Shown here: piece by piece, positions 40,286-52,952 of the stretch
Numbering within the stretch: position 1 is the first letter of the stretch
How the letters are laid out: each line of letters starts with the position of its first letter
NCBI RefSeq assembly: GCF_003334255.1
Contig: NZ_QOWU01000003.1
DNA from: Escherichia coli
GTDB lineage: Bacteria > Pseudomonadota > Gammaproteobacteria > Enterobacterales > Enterobacteriaceae
Length of the DNA stretch: 64,000 nt
Strand: one strand, 5' to 3'
Notes under the pieces: generated by a model
What the model was told of the DNA's origin: nothing
Databases searched by the model: none
Seen by the model: only the letters and a program-made list of their open reading frames with translations
Made by a program: the position numbers and the translations under genes

Positions 40286-40837
40286 TTATTTCGTTGTACC
40301 CACAGGTTCAGTGGTTTCATTATTACCTGGCGCAGCAGCTGGCGCATCGCCACTATTCTTATTGTCATCGCCTTTACTACCGTAAAGGAACTGACCAATG
40401 AGATCTTCCAGCACCATCGCAGACTTAGTGTCCTGAATTGTATCGCCATCCTTCAGGATAGCAGTCCCCAGTTCCGGGTCTTCAAAACCGACGTTTAATG
40501 CCAGATATTGTTCCCCCAGCAGGCCGGAAGTACGAATGCTCAGCGAACTGGTATCTGGAATGTGGTTATAACGTTGTTCAATTTCCAGCGTTACGCGCGG
40601 CAGATAGGTTTTCGGGTCCAGCGTAATATCCGCCACCCGACCCACAACAACGCCACCAATACTGACCGGAGAGCGCGCTTTCAGGCCGCCAATGTTATCG
40701 AACGTCGCATAAAGCGTGTAGGTCGGTTCAGTACGTATGGACGTCACGTTCGCCGCCTTCAGGCAAACAAACAGCGCCGCCAGCAGTGCTGCTAATAAAA
40801 AGATACCCACCCAAATTTCATTTTTTTTCGTTTGCAT
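40286..40837 (-). CDS. mlaD: MCE-domain phospholipid-transport protein MlaD, 183 aa
   Basis: ORF track 40286..40852; start trimmed to MQTKKNEIWVGIFLLAALLAALFV. Confidence 0.9.
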   Translation of the reverse strand: MQTKKNEIWVGIFLLAALLAALFVCLKAANVTSIRTEPTYTLYATFDNIGGLKARSPVSIGGVVVGRVADITLDPKTYLPRVTLEIEQRYNHIPDTSSLSIRTSGLLGEQYLALNVGFEDPELGTAILKDGDTIQDTKSAMVLEDLIGQFLYGSKGDDNKNSGDAPAAAPGNNETTEPVGTTK

Positions 40838-40841
40838 GAAC

Positions 40842-42441
<1,600 letters not shown>

Positions 42442-42650
42442 AATTCACCCTTCGTCTTGCGTTGATTTTCTAAGCATGGCGCTCAATTTAACCTTGAACC
42501 CAACATATTTACAGAATATTACCCGCCGTGGTTAGCGAAAGCTGGCATTTGTTTTACTTTTTAGCCGCATAAAGTCAAAATTAAGCATCCGTTACGGCTT
42601 TCTGAAAATCTTCAGCGGACCGGCGAGTATACCTGAAGAAAGGACGTTAG

Positions 42651-43628
42651 ATGCTTTTAGCTACGGCACTGTTAATTGTTGGTTTACTTTTGGTCGTTTA
42701 CAGTGCCGACCGCCTGGTTTTTGCCGCGTCTATTCTTTGCCGAACCTTTGGCATCCCGCCGCTGATCATCGGCATGACGGTGGTCAGTATTGGTACATCG
42801 TTACCAGAAGTCATCGTCTCGCTTGCCGCGTCTCTGCACGAACAACGCGATTTAGCCGTTGGTACAGCCCTCGGCTCAAACATTATCAATATATTGCTGA
42901 TCCTCGGTCTGGCTGCGCTGGTTCGTCCTTTTACCGTCCATTCTGATGTTCTACGCCGTGAATTACCCTTAATGTTGTTGGTCAGCGTGGTGGCCGGTTC
43001 CGTACTCTATGACGGACAACTTAGTCGCAGCGATGGTATCTTTCTCCTCTTTCTGGCTGTGCTATGGCTGCTGTTCATTGTTAAACTTGCACGTCAGGCT
43101 GAACGTCAGGGGACTGACAGCCTGACCAGAGAGCAGCTTGCAGAGCTGCCGCGTGACGGCGGATTGCCCGTCGCGTTTTTATGGCTCGGCATTGCGCTTA
43201 TCATCATGCCAGTGGCCACGCGGATGGTGGTTGATAACGCCACGGTGCTGGCGAATTACTTTGCCATCAGCGAGTTGACGATGGGTCTGACGGCAATTGC
43301 TATCGGAACCAGCCTGCCGGAACTGGCAACCGCAATAGCGGGGGTTCGCAAAGGTGAAAACGACATTGCTGTCGGAAATATCATTGGCGCAAACATTTTT
43401 AATATTGTCATCGTGTTGGGTTTACCCGCGCTGATAACGCCAGGAGAGATTGATCCACTGGCGTACAGTCGTGACTACAGCGTGATGTTGCTGGTGAGCA
43501 TTATTTTTGCGTTGCTGTGCTGGCGGCGCTCCCCGCAACCGGGCCGTGGTGTAGGGGGATTATTAACTGGCGGATTTATCGTATGGCTGGCGATGTTGTA
43601 CTGGTTATCGCCAATACTCGTTGAATAA
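42651..43628 (+). CDS. yrbG: CaCA-family Na+/Ca2+ exchanger-like inner-membrane protein, 325 aa
   Basis: ORF track; duplicated alpha-repeat motifs GTSLPE...GSNIINIL and GTSLPELATA...GANIFNIV. Confidence 0.88.
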   Translation: MLLATALLIVGLLLVVYSADRLVFAASILCRTFGIPPLIIGMTVVSIGTSLPEVIVSLAASLHEQRDLAVGTALGSNIINILLILGLAALVRPFTVHSDVLRRELPLMLLVSVVAGSVLYDGQLSRSDGIFLLFLAVLWLLFIVKLARQAERQGTDSLTREQLAELPRDGGLPVAFLWLGIALIIMPVATRMVVDNATVLANYFAISELTMGLTAIAIGTSLPELATAIAGVRKGENDIAVGNIIGANIFNIVIVLGLPALITPGEIDPLAYSRDYSVMLLVSIIFALLCWRRSPQPGRGVGGLLTGGFIVWLAMLYWLSPILVE

Positions 43629-43641
43629 CTGGAAACGCATT

Positions 43642-44628
43642 ATGTCGCACGTAGAGTTACAACCGGGTTTTGACTTTCAGCAAGCAGGTAAAGAAGTCCT
43701 GGCGATTGAACGTGAATGCCTGGCGGAGCTTGATCAATACATCAATCAGAATTTCACGCTTGCCTGTGAAAAGATGTTCTGGTGTAAAGGGAAAGTTGTC
43801 GTCATGGGGATGGGAAAATCGGGGCATATTGGGCGAAAAATGGCGGCAACGTTTGCCAGCACCGGTACACCTTCATTTTTCGTCCATCCTGGTGAAGCCG
43901 CGCATGGTGATTTAGGCATGGTTACCCCACAGGATGTGGTGATTGCTATCTCTAACTCTGGTGAATCCAGCGAAATCACGGCCTTAATTCCAGTGCTTAA
44001 GCGTCTTCACGTACCGTTAATCTGCATCACCGGTCGCCCGGAGAGCAGCATGGCGCGCGCCGCAGATGTGCATCTGTGTGTTAAAGTAGCGAAAGAAGCC
44101 TGTCCGTTAGGGCTGGCACCGACCAGCAGCACCACCGCCACGCTGGTTATGGGCGATGCCCTCGCTGTCGCGCTGTTAAAAGCACGCGGCTTTACTGCTG
44201 AAGATTTTGCGCTCTCACACCCAGGCGGCGCACTGGGTCGTAAACTTCTGCTGCGCGTAAACGATATTATGCATACGGGCGATGAGATCCCGCATGTTAA
44301 GAAAACGGCCAGTCTGCGTGACGCGTTGCTGGAAGTTACCCGCAAAAATCTTGGTATGACTGTCATTTGCGATGACAATATGATGATTGAAGGCATCTTT
44401 ACCGACGGTGATTTACGCCGTGTCTTCGATATGGGCGTGGATGTTCGTCAGTTAAGTATTGCCGATGTGATGACGCCGGGGGGAATACGTGTGCGCCCTG
44501 GCATTCTGGCCGTTGAGGCACTGAACTTAATGCAGTCCCGCCATATCACCTCCGTGATGGTTGCCGATGGCGACCATTTACTCGGTGTGTTACATATGCA
44601 TGATTTACTGCGTGCAGGCGTAGTGTAA
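43642..44628 (+). CDS. kdsD: D-arabinose 5-phosphate isomerase KdsD, 328 aa
   Basis: ORF track 43621..44628; start trimmed to MSHVELQPGFDFQQAGKEVL; SIS domain followed by tandem CBS domains. Confidence 0.92.
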   Translation: MSHVELQPGFDFQQAGKEVLAIERECLAELDQYINQNFTLACEKMFWCKGKVVVMGMGKSGHIGRKMAATFASTGTPSFFVHPGEAAHGDLGMVTPQDVVIAISNSGESSEITALIPVLKRLHVPLICITGRPESSMARAADVHLCVKVAKEACPLGLAPTSSTTATLVMGDALAVALLKARGFTAEDFALSHPGGALGRKLLLRVNDIMHTGDEIPHVKKTASLRDALLEVTRKNLGMTVICDDNMMIEGIFTDGDLRRVFDMGVDVRQLSIADVMTPGGIRVRPGILAVEALNLMQSRHITSVMVADGDHLLGVLHMHDLLRAGVV

Positions 44629-44648
44629 AGATTCAAGGATAAACAACA

Positions 44649-45215
44649 ATGAGCAAAGCAGGTGCGTCGCTTGCGACCTGTTACGGCCCTGTCAGCGCCG
44701 ACGTTATAGCAAAAGCAGAGAACATTCGTCTGCTGATCCTCGATGTCGATGGCGTACTGTCAGATGGCCTGATTTATATGGGCAATAATGGCGAAGAGCT
44801 GAAAGCGTTCAATGTTCGTGACGGTTATGGCATTCGTTGTGCGCTCACCTCTGATATTGAAGTCGCTATCATTACCGGGCGAAAGGCTAAACTGGTAGAA
44901 GATCGTTGTGCCACATTGGGGATCACTCACTTGTATCAGGGGCAGTCAAACAAACTGATCGCCTTTAGCGATCTGCTGGAAAAACTGGCGATTGCCCCGG
45001 AAAATGTGGCTTATGTCGGCGATGATCTCATCGACTGGCCGGTAATGGAAAAAGTGGGTTTAAGCGTCGCCGTGGCCGATGCGCATCCACTGTTGATCCC
45101 GCGCGCCGATTACGTGACGCGCATTGCTGGCGGTCGTGGCGCAGTGCGCGAAGTTTGCGACTTATTACTCCTGGCGCAGGGCAAACTGGATGAAGCCAAA
45201 GGGCAATCGATATGA
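44649..45215 (+). CDS. kdsC: KDO 8-phosphate phosphatase KdsC, 188 aa
   Basis: ORF track; HAD motif LLILDVDGVLSDG. Confidence 0.93.
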   Translation: MSKAGASLATCYGPVSADVIAKAENIRLLILDVDGVLSDGLIYMGNNGEELKAFNVRDGYGIRCALTSDIEVAIITGRKAKLVEDRCATLGITHLYQGQSNKLIAFSDLLEKLAIAPENVAYVGDDLIDWPVMEKVGLSVAVADAHPLLIPRADYVTRIAGGRGAVREVCDLLLLAQGKLDEAKGQSI

Positions 45216-45787
45216 GTAAAGCCAGACGTTGGGTTATCATTGTGCTATCACTGGCGGTTCTGGTGATGATCGGCATTAATATGGCCGAAAAAGACGATAC
45301 CGCCCAGGTGGTCGTCAACAACAATGATCCCACCTATAAAAGCGAGCATACGGACACGCTCGTCTATAACCCAGAAGGGGCACTAAGCTATCGATTGATT
45401 GCTCAACACGTTGAATATTATTCCGATCAGGCCGTTTCGTGGTTTACGCAGCCGGTACTTACCACGTTTGATAAGGATAAAATCCCGACATGGTCCGTAA
45501 AAGCAGATAAAGCCAAGCTGACCAATGACCGGATGCTCTATTTATATGGACACGTTGAAGTCAACGCACTTGTGCCAGACTCTCAACTTCGCAGAATCAC
45601 GACGGATAACGCGCAGATCAATCTGGTGACGCAGGATGTTACCTCTGAAGACCTCGTCACGTTATACGGAACAACATTTAACTCCAGCGGTCTGAAAATG
45701 CGCGGCAACTTACGCAGCAAGAACGCCGAGCTGATTGAAAAGGTTAGAACATCCTATGAAATTCAAAACAAACAAACTCAGCCTTAA
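45212..45787 (+). CDS. lptC: LPS export anchor protein LptC, 191 aa
   Basis: ORF track; single N-terminal TM helix; ATGA overlap with the kdsC stop. Confidence 0.92.
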   Translation: MSKARRWVIIVLSLAVLVMIGINMAEKDDTAQVVVNNNDPTYKSEHTDTLVYNPEGALSYRLIAQHVEYYSDQAVSWFTQPVLTTFDKDKIPTWSVKADKAKLTNDRMLYLYGHVEVNALVPDSQLRRITTDNAQINLVTQDVTSEDLVTLYGTTFNSSGLKMRGNLRSKNAELIEKVRTSYEIQNKQTQP

Positions 45788-46313
45788 TCTTGTGCTTGCC
45801 AGCTCACTTCTGGCCGCCAGCATTCCGGCATTTGCCGTAACCGGAGACACTGATCAGCCGATCCACATTGAATCGGACCAGCAATCTCTTGATATGCAAG
45901 GCAACGTGGTTACCTTTACCGGTAATGTCATCGTCACCCAGGGCACCATCAAAATTAATGCCGACAAAGTGGTCGTTACCCGTCCGGGCGGCGAACAAGG
46001 TAAAGAAGTGATTGACGGCTACGGTAAACCGGCAACGTTCTACCAGATGCAGGACAACGGTAAACCCGTTGAAGGTCACGCTTCCCAGATGCACTACGAA
46101 CTGGCAAAAGATTTTGTCGTTCTGACGGGTAATGCTTATCTGCAGCAGGTCGATAGCAACATTAAGGGCGATAAGATCACTTACCTGGTGAAAGAGCAGA
46201 AAATGCAGGCTTTCAGCGACAAAGGCAAGCGCGTAACAACCGTTCTGGTGCCGTCGCAGCTGCAGGACAAAAACAACAAAGGCCAGACCCCGGCACAGAA
46301 GAAGGGTAATTAA
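45756..46313 (+). CDS. lptA: Periplasmic LPS transport protein LptA, 185 aa
   Basis: ORF track 45735..46313; start trimmed to MKFKTNKLSLNLVLASSLLAASIPAFA (signal peptide); 32-nt overlap with the lptC 3-prime end. Confidence 0.9.
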   Translation: MKFKTNKLSLNLVLASSLLAASIPAFAVTGDTDQPIHIESDQQSLDMQGNVVTFTGNVIVTQGTIKINADKVVVTRPGGEQGKEVIDGYGKPATFYQMQDNGKPVEGHASQMHYELAKDFVVLTGNAYLQQVDSNIKGDKITYLVKEQKMQAFSDKGKRVTTVLVPSQLQDKNNKGQTPAQKKGN

Positions 46314-46319
46314 TTCGTT

Positions 46320-47045
46320 ATGGCAACATTAACTGCAAAGAACCTTGCAAAAGCCTATAAAGGCCGTCGCGTGGTAGAAGACGTCAGCCTGACCGTCAAC
46401 TCCGGGGAAATTGTCGGTCTGCTGGGGCCAAACGGTGCCGGTAAGACCACCACTTTCTACATGGTTGTAGGCATTGTGCCGCGCGATGCGGGCAACATCA
46501 TTATTGATGATGACGATATCAGTCTGCTGCCTCTGCATGCACGCGCGCGCCGCGGTATCGGCTATCTGCCACAGGAAGCCTCCATTTTCCGTCGCCTCAG
46601 CGTTTACGATAACCTGATGGCGGTACTGCAAATTCGTGACGACTTGTCTGCTGAACAACGTGAAGACCGCGCGAACGAGCTGATGGAAGAGTTTCACATT
46701 GAGCACCTGCGTGACAGCATGGGGCAGTCACTCTCCGGGGGTGAACGTCGCCGTGTAGAAATTGCCCGCGCACTGGCTGCGAATCCGAAATTTATTCTGC
46801 TCGACGAACCGTTTGCCGGGGTTGACCCGATCTCGGTTATCGACATTAAACGCATCATTGAGCACCTGCGCGACAGCGGCCTGGGCGTGCTGATCACTGA
46901 CCACAACGTGCGTGAAACACTGGCGGTTTGTGAACGCGCTTATATCGTCAGTCAGGGGCATTTGATCGCCCACGGCACGCCTACAGAAATCTTACAAGAC
47001 GAACACGTTAAGCGTGTATACCTTGGGGAAGACTTCAGACTCTGA
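46320..47045 (+). CDS. lptB: LPS export ABC ATPase LptB, 241 aa
   Basis: ORF track; Walker [10 protein letters not shown], signature LSGGERRR, Walker B LLDEP. Confidence 0.95.
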
Positions 47046-47092
47046 TAGGGTAGAAGTTTGCGACGTTTTAGCAGGAGAGTACGATTCTGAAC

Positions 47093-48526
47093 ATGAAGCA
47101 AGGTTTGCAACTCAGGCTTAGCCAACAACTGGCGATGACGCCACAGCTCCAACAGGCAATTCGTCTGTTGCAGTTGTCGACGCTGGAACTTCAGCAGGAG
47201 CTACAGCAGGCGCTGGAGAGTAATCCGCTGCTTGAGCAAATCGACACTCATGAAGAAATCGACACCCGCGAAACGCAAGACAGTGAAACGCTGGACACCG
47301 CCGACGCGCTCGAACAAAAAGAGATGCCGGAAGAGCTGCCGCTCGATGCCAGTTGGGACACCATTTACACCGCTGGTACACCATCCGGCACCAGCGGTGA
47401 CTACATTGACGACGAGCTGCCGGTCTACCAGGGCGAAACGACGCAGACCTTGCAGGATTACCTGATGTGGCAGGTTGAGCTGACACCGTTTTCCGACACT
47501 GACCGCGCTATTGCTACCTCTATCGTCGATGCCGTTGATGAAACCGGTTATCTGACTGTCCCGCTGGAAGATATTCTCGAAAGTATAGGCGATGAAGAGA
47601 TCGACATCGACGAAGTTGAAGCCGTCCTTAAGCGGATCCAACGGTTTGATCCGGTCGGTGTGGCGGCAAAAGATCTGCGTGACTGTCTGCTGATCCAACT
47701 CTCCCAATTCGATAAGACCACGCCGTGGCTGGAAGAGGCCAGACTGATCATTAGCGATCATCTCGATCTGTTAGCCAATCACGACTTCCGCACTTTAATG
47801 CGCGTCACGCGTCTGAAAGAAGATGTGCTGAAAGAAGCCGTCAATCTGATCCAGTCGCTCGATCCGCGCCCCGGGCAGTCGATCCAGACTGGCGAACCTG
47901 AGTATGTCATTCCAGATGTGCTGGTGCGTAAGCATAACGGTCACTGGACGGTAGAACTCAACAGTGACAGCATTCCGCGTCTGCAAATCAACCAGCACTA
48001 CGCCTCGATGTGCAATAACGCGCGCAACGATGGTGACAGCCAGTTTATCCGCAGCAATCTGCAGGATGCCAAATGGTTGATCAAGAGTCTGGAAAGCCGT
48101 AACGATACGCTACTGCGCGTGAGTCGCTGTATCGTTGAACAGCAGCAAGCCTTCTTTGAGCAAGGTGAAGAATATATGAAACCGATGGTACTGGCCGATA
48201 TCGCCCAGGCTGTCGAAATGCATGAATCGACGATATCTCGCGTGACCACGCAAAAATACCTGCATAGTCCACGAGGCATTTTTGAACTGAAGTATTTCTT
48301 TTCCAGTCACGTCAATACCGAGGGCGGCGGCGAAGCTTCCTCCACGGCGATTCGTGCGCTGGTGAAGAAATTAATCGCGGCGGAAAACCCAGCGAAACCG
48401 TTGAGCGACAGCAAGTTAACCTCTTTGCTGTCGGAACAAGGTATCATGGTGGCACGCCGCACTGTTGCGAAGTACCGAGAGTCTTTATCCATTCCGCCGT
48501 CAAACCAGCGTAAACAACTCGTTTGA
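47093..48526 (+). CDS. rpoN: RNA polymerase sigma-54 factor RpoN, 477 aa
   Basis: ORF track; Gln/Leu-rich region [29 protein letters not shown]; RpoN box [10 protein letters not shown] at the C-terminus. Confidence 0.95.
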   Translation: MKQGLQLRLSQQLAMTPQLQQAIRLLQLSTLELQQELQQALESNPLLEQIDTHEEIDTRETQDSETLDTADALEQKEMPEELPLDASWDTIYTAGTPSGTSGDYIDDELPVYQGETTQTLQDYLMWQVELTPFSDTDRAIATSIVDAVDETGYLTVPLEDILESIGDEEIDIDEVEAVLKRIQRFDPVGVAAKDLRDCLLIQLSQFDKTTPWLEEARLIISDHLDLLANHDFRTLMRVTRLKEDVLKEAVNLIQSLDPRPGQSIQTGEPEYVIPDVLVRKHNGHWTVELNSDSIPRLQINQHYASMCNNARNDGDSQFIRSNLQDAKWLIKSLESRNDTLLRVSRCIVEQQQAFFEQGEEYMKPMVLADIAQAVEMHESTISRVTTQKYLHSPRGIFELKYFFSSHVNTEGGGEASSTAIRALVKKLIAAENPAKPLSDSKLTSLLSEQGIMVARRTVAKYRESLSIPPSNQRKQLV

Positions 48527-48548
48527 CCCAACCGATAAGGAAGACACT

Positions 48549-48836
48549 ATGCAGCTCAACATTACCGGAAATAACGTCGAGATCACCGAGGCACTGCGCG
48601 AATTTGTTACAGCCAAATTTGCCAAACTTGAGCAATATTTTGACCGAATCAACCAGGTCTATGTTGTTCTGAAAGTGGAGAAAGTCACCCACACCTCAGA
48701 TGCAACACTGCATGTAAACGGTGGTGAAATTCATGCCAGCGCGGAAGGTCAGGACATGTACGCTGCCATTGATGGCTTAATTGATAAGCTGGCACGCCAG
48801 TTGACCAAACATAAAGATAAACTGAAACAACACTAA
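48549..48836 (+). CDS. hpf: Ribosome hibernation promoting factor Hpf, 95 aa
   Basis: ORF track 48465..48836; start trimmed to MQLNITGNNVEITEALREFV. Confidence 0.9.
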   Translation: MQLNITGNNVEITEALREFVTAKFAKLEQYFDRINQVYVVLKVEKVTHTSDATLHVNGGEIHASAEGQDMYAAIDGLIDKLARQLTKHKDKLKQH

Positions 48837-48953
48837 TTGTCCGGGCAATTAGCATGTGCATGGCGGCCTGTTGTGCGGCACAACGGGCCATTTGTACGGT
48901 TAATGCTCCGAGCCTGTTCCACTGTTTGAGTGGGCAGGTTCTTAGGTGAAATT

Positions 48954-49445
48954 ATGACAAATAATGATACAACTCTACAGCTTAGCAGTGTTCTTAACAG
49001 GGAATGTACGCGAAGCCGCGTCCACTGTCAGAGCAAAAAACGCGCCCTGGAAATCATCAGCGAGCTGGCGGCGAAACAACTTAGCCTGCCGCCTCAGGTG
49101 GTTTTTGAAGCTATCCTGACGCGGGAAAAAATGGGCAGTACCGGTATCGGCAATGGTATTGCCATTCCGCATGGCAAACTGGAAGAAGATACTCTGCGCG
49201 CCGTTGGCGTTTTCGTTCAGCTCGAAACGCCTATAGCTTTCGATGCCATCGACAACCAACCGGTGGACTTACTTTTTGCCCTGCTGGTGCCGGCAGACCA
49301 AACTAAAACGCACCTGCATACTCTGTCGCTGGTGGCGAAACGTCTGGCGGACAAAACCATCTGCCGCCGTTTACGCGCAGCCCAGAGCGATGAAGAGCTG
49401 TATCAAATCATTACGGATACCGAAGGTACTCCGGATGAAGCGTAG
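48954..49445 (+). CDS. ptsN: Nitrogen-PTS EIIA-Ntr (PtsN), 163 aa
   Basis: ORF track 48930..49445; start trimmed to MTNNDTTLQLSSVL; phospho-His region GNGIAIPHGK. Confidence 0.9.
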   Translation: MTNNDTTLQLSSVLNRECTRSRVHCQSKKRALEIISELAAKQLSLPPQVVFEAILTREKMGSTGIGNGIAIPHGKLEEDTLRAVGVFVQLETPIAFDAIDNQPVDLLFALLVPADQTKTHLHTLSLVAKRLADKTICRRLRAAQSDEELYQIITDTEGTPDEA

Positions 49446-49490
49446 TTATTCGGTAATGTCTCTTTTAGACGTTGTGAGGAGAAACAGTAC

Positions 49491-50345
49491 ATGGTACTGA
49501 TGATCGTCAGCGGACGTTCAGGTTCAGGTAAATCTGTCGCCCTGCGTGCGCTGGAAGATATGGGTTTTTACTGCGTGGATAACCTTCCCGTAGTGTTGTT
49601 ACCCGATCTGGCTCGAACCCTGGCCGATCGCGAGATTTCTGCCGCCGTCAGCATTGATGTTCGTAATATGCCGGAGTCACCAGAAATATTCGAACAGGCG
49701 ATGAGTAACCTGCCTGACGCTTTCTCACCGCAACTCCTGTTCCTGGATGCCGACCGTAATACCTTAATTCGTCGTTACAGTGACACGCGCCGACTGCATC
49801 CGCTTTCCAGCAAAAACCTGTCGCTGGAAAGTGCTATCGACAAAGAAAGCGATTTGCTGGAGCCTCTGCGTTCGCGAGCGGATCTGATTGTCGATACCTC
49901 AGAAATGTCCGTTCACGAGCTGGCTGAAATGCTGCGTACCCGTCTGCTGGGTAAACGTGAACGCGAACTGACCATGGTCTTTGAGTCTTTCGGCTTCAAA
50001 CACGGTATCCCTATCGATGCAGATTACGTCTTTGACGTGCGCTTCTTGCCGAACCCGCACTGGGATCCGAAACTGCGTCCAATGACAGGTCTTGATAAAC
50101 CTGTCGCCGCGTTCCTCGACCGCCACACAGAAGTACACAATTTTATCTACCAGACGCGAAGCTATCTTGAGCTATGGTTACCTATGCTGGAAACCAACAA
50201 CCGTAGCTACTTGACGGTCGCCATTGGTTGTACCGGCGGGAAGCACCGTTCGGTGTATATTGCAGAGCAACTGGCAGACTACTTCCGCTCGCGCGGTAAA
50301 AACGTCCAGTCACGCCATCGTACGCTGGAAAAACGTAAACCATGA
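49491..50345 (+). CDS. rapZ: RNase adapter protein RapZ (YhbJ), 284 aa
   Basis: ORF track; Walker A GRSGSGKS. Confidence 0.93.
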
Positions 50346-50614
50346 CCGTCAAGCAAACTGTTGAAATCACAAACAAGCTGGGCATGCATGCCCGGCCTGC
50401 AATGAAGCTGTTTGAATTAATGCAGGGTTTTGACGCTGAAGTGCTCTTACGTAATGACGAAGGCACCGAGGCTGAAGCCAACAGCGTTATTGCGCTGCTG
50501 ATGTTGGATTCTGCCAAAGGACGGCAGATTGAAGTTGAAGCGACCGGTCCACAGGAAGAGGAAGCACTGGCCGCCGTTATCGCCCTCTTTAATTCTGGTT
50601 TTGATGAAGATTAA
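50342..50614 (+). CDS. npr: Nitrogen-PTS phosphocarrier NPr (PtsO), 90 aa
   Basis: ORF track; HPr-like GMHARPA active-site His; ATGA overlap with the rapZ stop. Confidence 0.93.
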
Positions 50615-50760
50615 TCTTCATCACTTTGACATACAACTCCCTTCAAACTCCCCCCGACAATAAGAAAATCACGTACTGAAATCGTTCTCAATCAACGTCA
50701 TTTGTACATTTTGTGCGCTTTTCACTTTCAGAAGAACCTTAAGAAAACCTTAAGAGGCAT

Positions 50761-50779
50761 TGTTTAGGTTTTGTTTAAG
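50761..50779 (+). promoter_or_regulatory. PhoP-box-like direct repeat upstream of yrbL
   Basis: TGTTTAggtttTGTTTAag matches (T)GTTTA-N5-(T)GTTTA, about 50 bp upstream of the yrbL ATG. Confidence 0.6.
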
Positions 50780-50827
50780 TTAATCGACCATACTGGAGAT
50801 CGTCAGAAAATATTTCCAGGAGATGGC

Positions 50828-51460
50828 ATGATTCGCTTATCTGAACAAAGTCCCCTGGGCACCGGAAGACATCGGAAATGTTATGCGCATCCGGAAGATG
50901 CCCAACGCTGTATCAAGATTGTCTACCATCGTGGCGATGGTGGCGATAAAGAGATCCGCCGTGAGTTAAAGTACTACGCGCATCTTGGTCGCCGGTTAAA
51001 AGACTGGAGTGGAATACCGCGCTATCACGGTACCGTTGAGACGGATTGCGGAACCGGTTATGTCTACGATGTGATTGCAGATTTTGACGGCAAGCCTTCC
51101 ATTACGCTGACCGAATTTGCTGAACAATGCCGTTACGAAGAAGACATTGCACAACTGCGCCAGCTACTGAAACAGCTGAAGCGTTATTTGCAGGATAACC
51201 GTATCGTGACGATGTCGCTGAAGCCGCAGAATATCCTCTGTCACCGCATCAGTGAGTCAGAGGTTATCCCGGTCGTCTGCGACAACATTGGTGAAAGCAC
51301 ATTGATTCCACTGGCGACCTGGTCGAAGTGGTGTTGTCTGCGTAAGCAAGAGCGGTTATGGAAACGATTTATCGCCCAACCGGCGCTGGCTATTGCCCTG
51401 CAGAAAGATCTGCAACCTCGTGAGAGCAAAACGCTGGCCCTCACTTCGCGCGAAGCTTAA
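50828..51460 (+). CDS. yrbL: PhoP-regulated protein YrbL (kinase-like fold), 210 aa
   Basis: ORF track 50771..51460; start trimmed to [24 protein letters not shown]. Confidence 0.82.
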   Translation: MIRLSEQSPLGTGRHRKCYAHPEDAQRCIKIVYHRGDGGDKEIRRELKYYAHLGRRLKDWSGIPRYHGTVETDCGTGYVYDVIADFDGKPSITLTEFAEQCRYEEDIAQLRQLLKQLKRYLQDNRIVTMSLKPQNILCHRISESEVIPVVCDNIGESTLIPLATWSKWCCLRKQERLWKRFIAQPALAIALQKDLQPRESKTLALTSREA

Positions 51461-52185
51461 TCCAGCTGGTGTTGTTGCATAAACGGCTCACCGCCTAACT
51501 GATACATCTGCCGTAAAATCCACGCCTGACGGCTACGCACGTAGCCCGATGGCGAGGAGACTTTGAAACGAAGTGGATTAGGTAATACAGCTGCCAGTAA
51601 TGCAGCTTCCGACCGGGTAAGTTTGCTCGCGGGTTTGTGGAAATAACGTTGTGCCGCAGCTTCGACGCCAAACACACCGTCGCCAAATTCGGCGATATTC
51701 AGGTAAACCGTCAGGATACGCTTTTTGCTCCAGACCGTTTCTATCCCCAGCGTTAATCCGGCTTCCAGCCCTTTTCGAACCCAGCTACGCCCATCCCATA
51801 AAAAGAGATTTTTGGCTGTCTGTTGAGAAATCGTTGAAGCACCGCGAATACGGTTTTCATTGCGCTCGTTGTGCGCCAGGGCTTTCTCAATGGAAGCGAC
51901 ATCAAAGCCCCAGTGCTCAGGAAATTTCTGATCTTCTGCGGCAATCACCGCCAGTCCCATCCACGGCGAGATTTGATCCATACTGACCCAGTCAGAATGT
52001 GCCACGTAACGAAAATTGCCATGCAGCCAGGCGCTGACCTGTCGCTCGACCATTACCGCTGAGAAGGGAACAGGCGCAACGCTAAACAACGCGATGCCCC
52101 CGCCCCAGAAAACGGCGAGGACAACCATTAACCGCAAAAGAAAACGGCGAACGAAACTAAACACCGTTAAGCGGCTTTTACTCAT
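51457..52185 (-). CDS. mtgA: Monofunctional peptidoglycan glycosyltransferase MtgA, 242 aa
   Basis: ORF track; GT51 motifs AAEDQKF and [12 protein letters not shown]. Confidence 0.93.
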   Translation of the reverse strand: MSKSRLTVFSFVRRFLLRLMVVLAVFWGGGIALFSVAPVPFSAVMVERQVSAWLHGNFRYVAHSDWVSMDQISPWMGLAVIAAEDQKFPEHWGFDVASIEKALAHNERNENRIRGASTISQQTAKNLFLWDGRSWVRKGLEAGLTLGIETVWSKKRILTVYLNIAEFGDGVFGVEAAAQRYFHKPASKLTRSEAALLAAVLPNPLRFKVSSPSGYVRSRQAWILRQMYQLGGEPFMQQHQLD

Positions 52186-52835
52186 TCAGCCAGAACCAGC
52201 ACGCGGGAAACCAGCTTATCAATGCCGCTCGCCGCTTCTGCAATGTTCTGCGCCAGCATATATGCTGGGGTGGTGACAATCTTATTGTCTTCATCAACCA
52301 CGATATCATCGACAGGACACGGCACATGCTCCGCGCCCATCTCTTCCAGCACTTCTGCGGTATCGATATCAGTACCGATGGTCAAACGCAGCGGGAAATC
52401 GAAAATTTTCGGCAGCATCGCCGGGGCAATACACATAAAACCAAGCGGTTTTCCGGCCTGATGCATCGCTTGTGCCAGCGCCTTTAATTCACGGTCAACG
52501 GTGCATTCGCTACCAAGACTGGCAAAATTGCTTAAATTCTTCGCCGCGCCAAACCCCCCCGGCACAATCAACGCATCCAGTTCAGCGGCATCGGCCTGGG
52601 CCAGAGGACGGATTTCACCGCGCGTTATTCGTGCCGCTTCAATCAGCACATTGCGCGTTTCCGTCATCGCTTCGCCAGTTAAATGGTTGATAACATCAAC
52701 CTGCTGCTTATCCGGTGCAAAGCAGACCGCCTGCGCACCGCTGCGTGAAATAGCTAACAACGTCAACACCGCTTCATGAATTTCAGAACCGTCATAGACG
52801 CCGCATCCGCTCAGAATTACGCCAATTTTCTTCAT
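52182..52835 (-). CDS. elbB: DJ-1/PfpI-like glyoxalase-family protein ElbB, 217 aa
   Basis: ORF track 52182..52844; start trimmed to [21 protein letters not shown]. Confidence 0.88.
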   Translation of the reverse strand: MKKIGVILSGCGVYDGSEIHEAVLTLLAISRSGAQAVCFAPDKQQVDVINHLTGEAMTETRNVLIEAARITRGEIRPLAQADAAELDALIVPGGFGAAKNLSNFASLGSECTVDRELKALAQAMHQAGKPLGFMCIAPAMLPKIFDFPLRLTIGTDIDTAEVLEEMGAEHVPCPVDDIVVDEDNKIVTTPAYMLAQNIAEAASGIDKLVSRVLVLAE

Positions 52836-52952
52836 TGTGATCATCCTTTCGCAATTGACTGAAACACATTAATTTTTTTAATAAAAATGGTACGCATCAC
52901 ACATTTAACTGATTCATGTAACAAATCATTTAAGTTTTGCTATCTTAACTGC

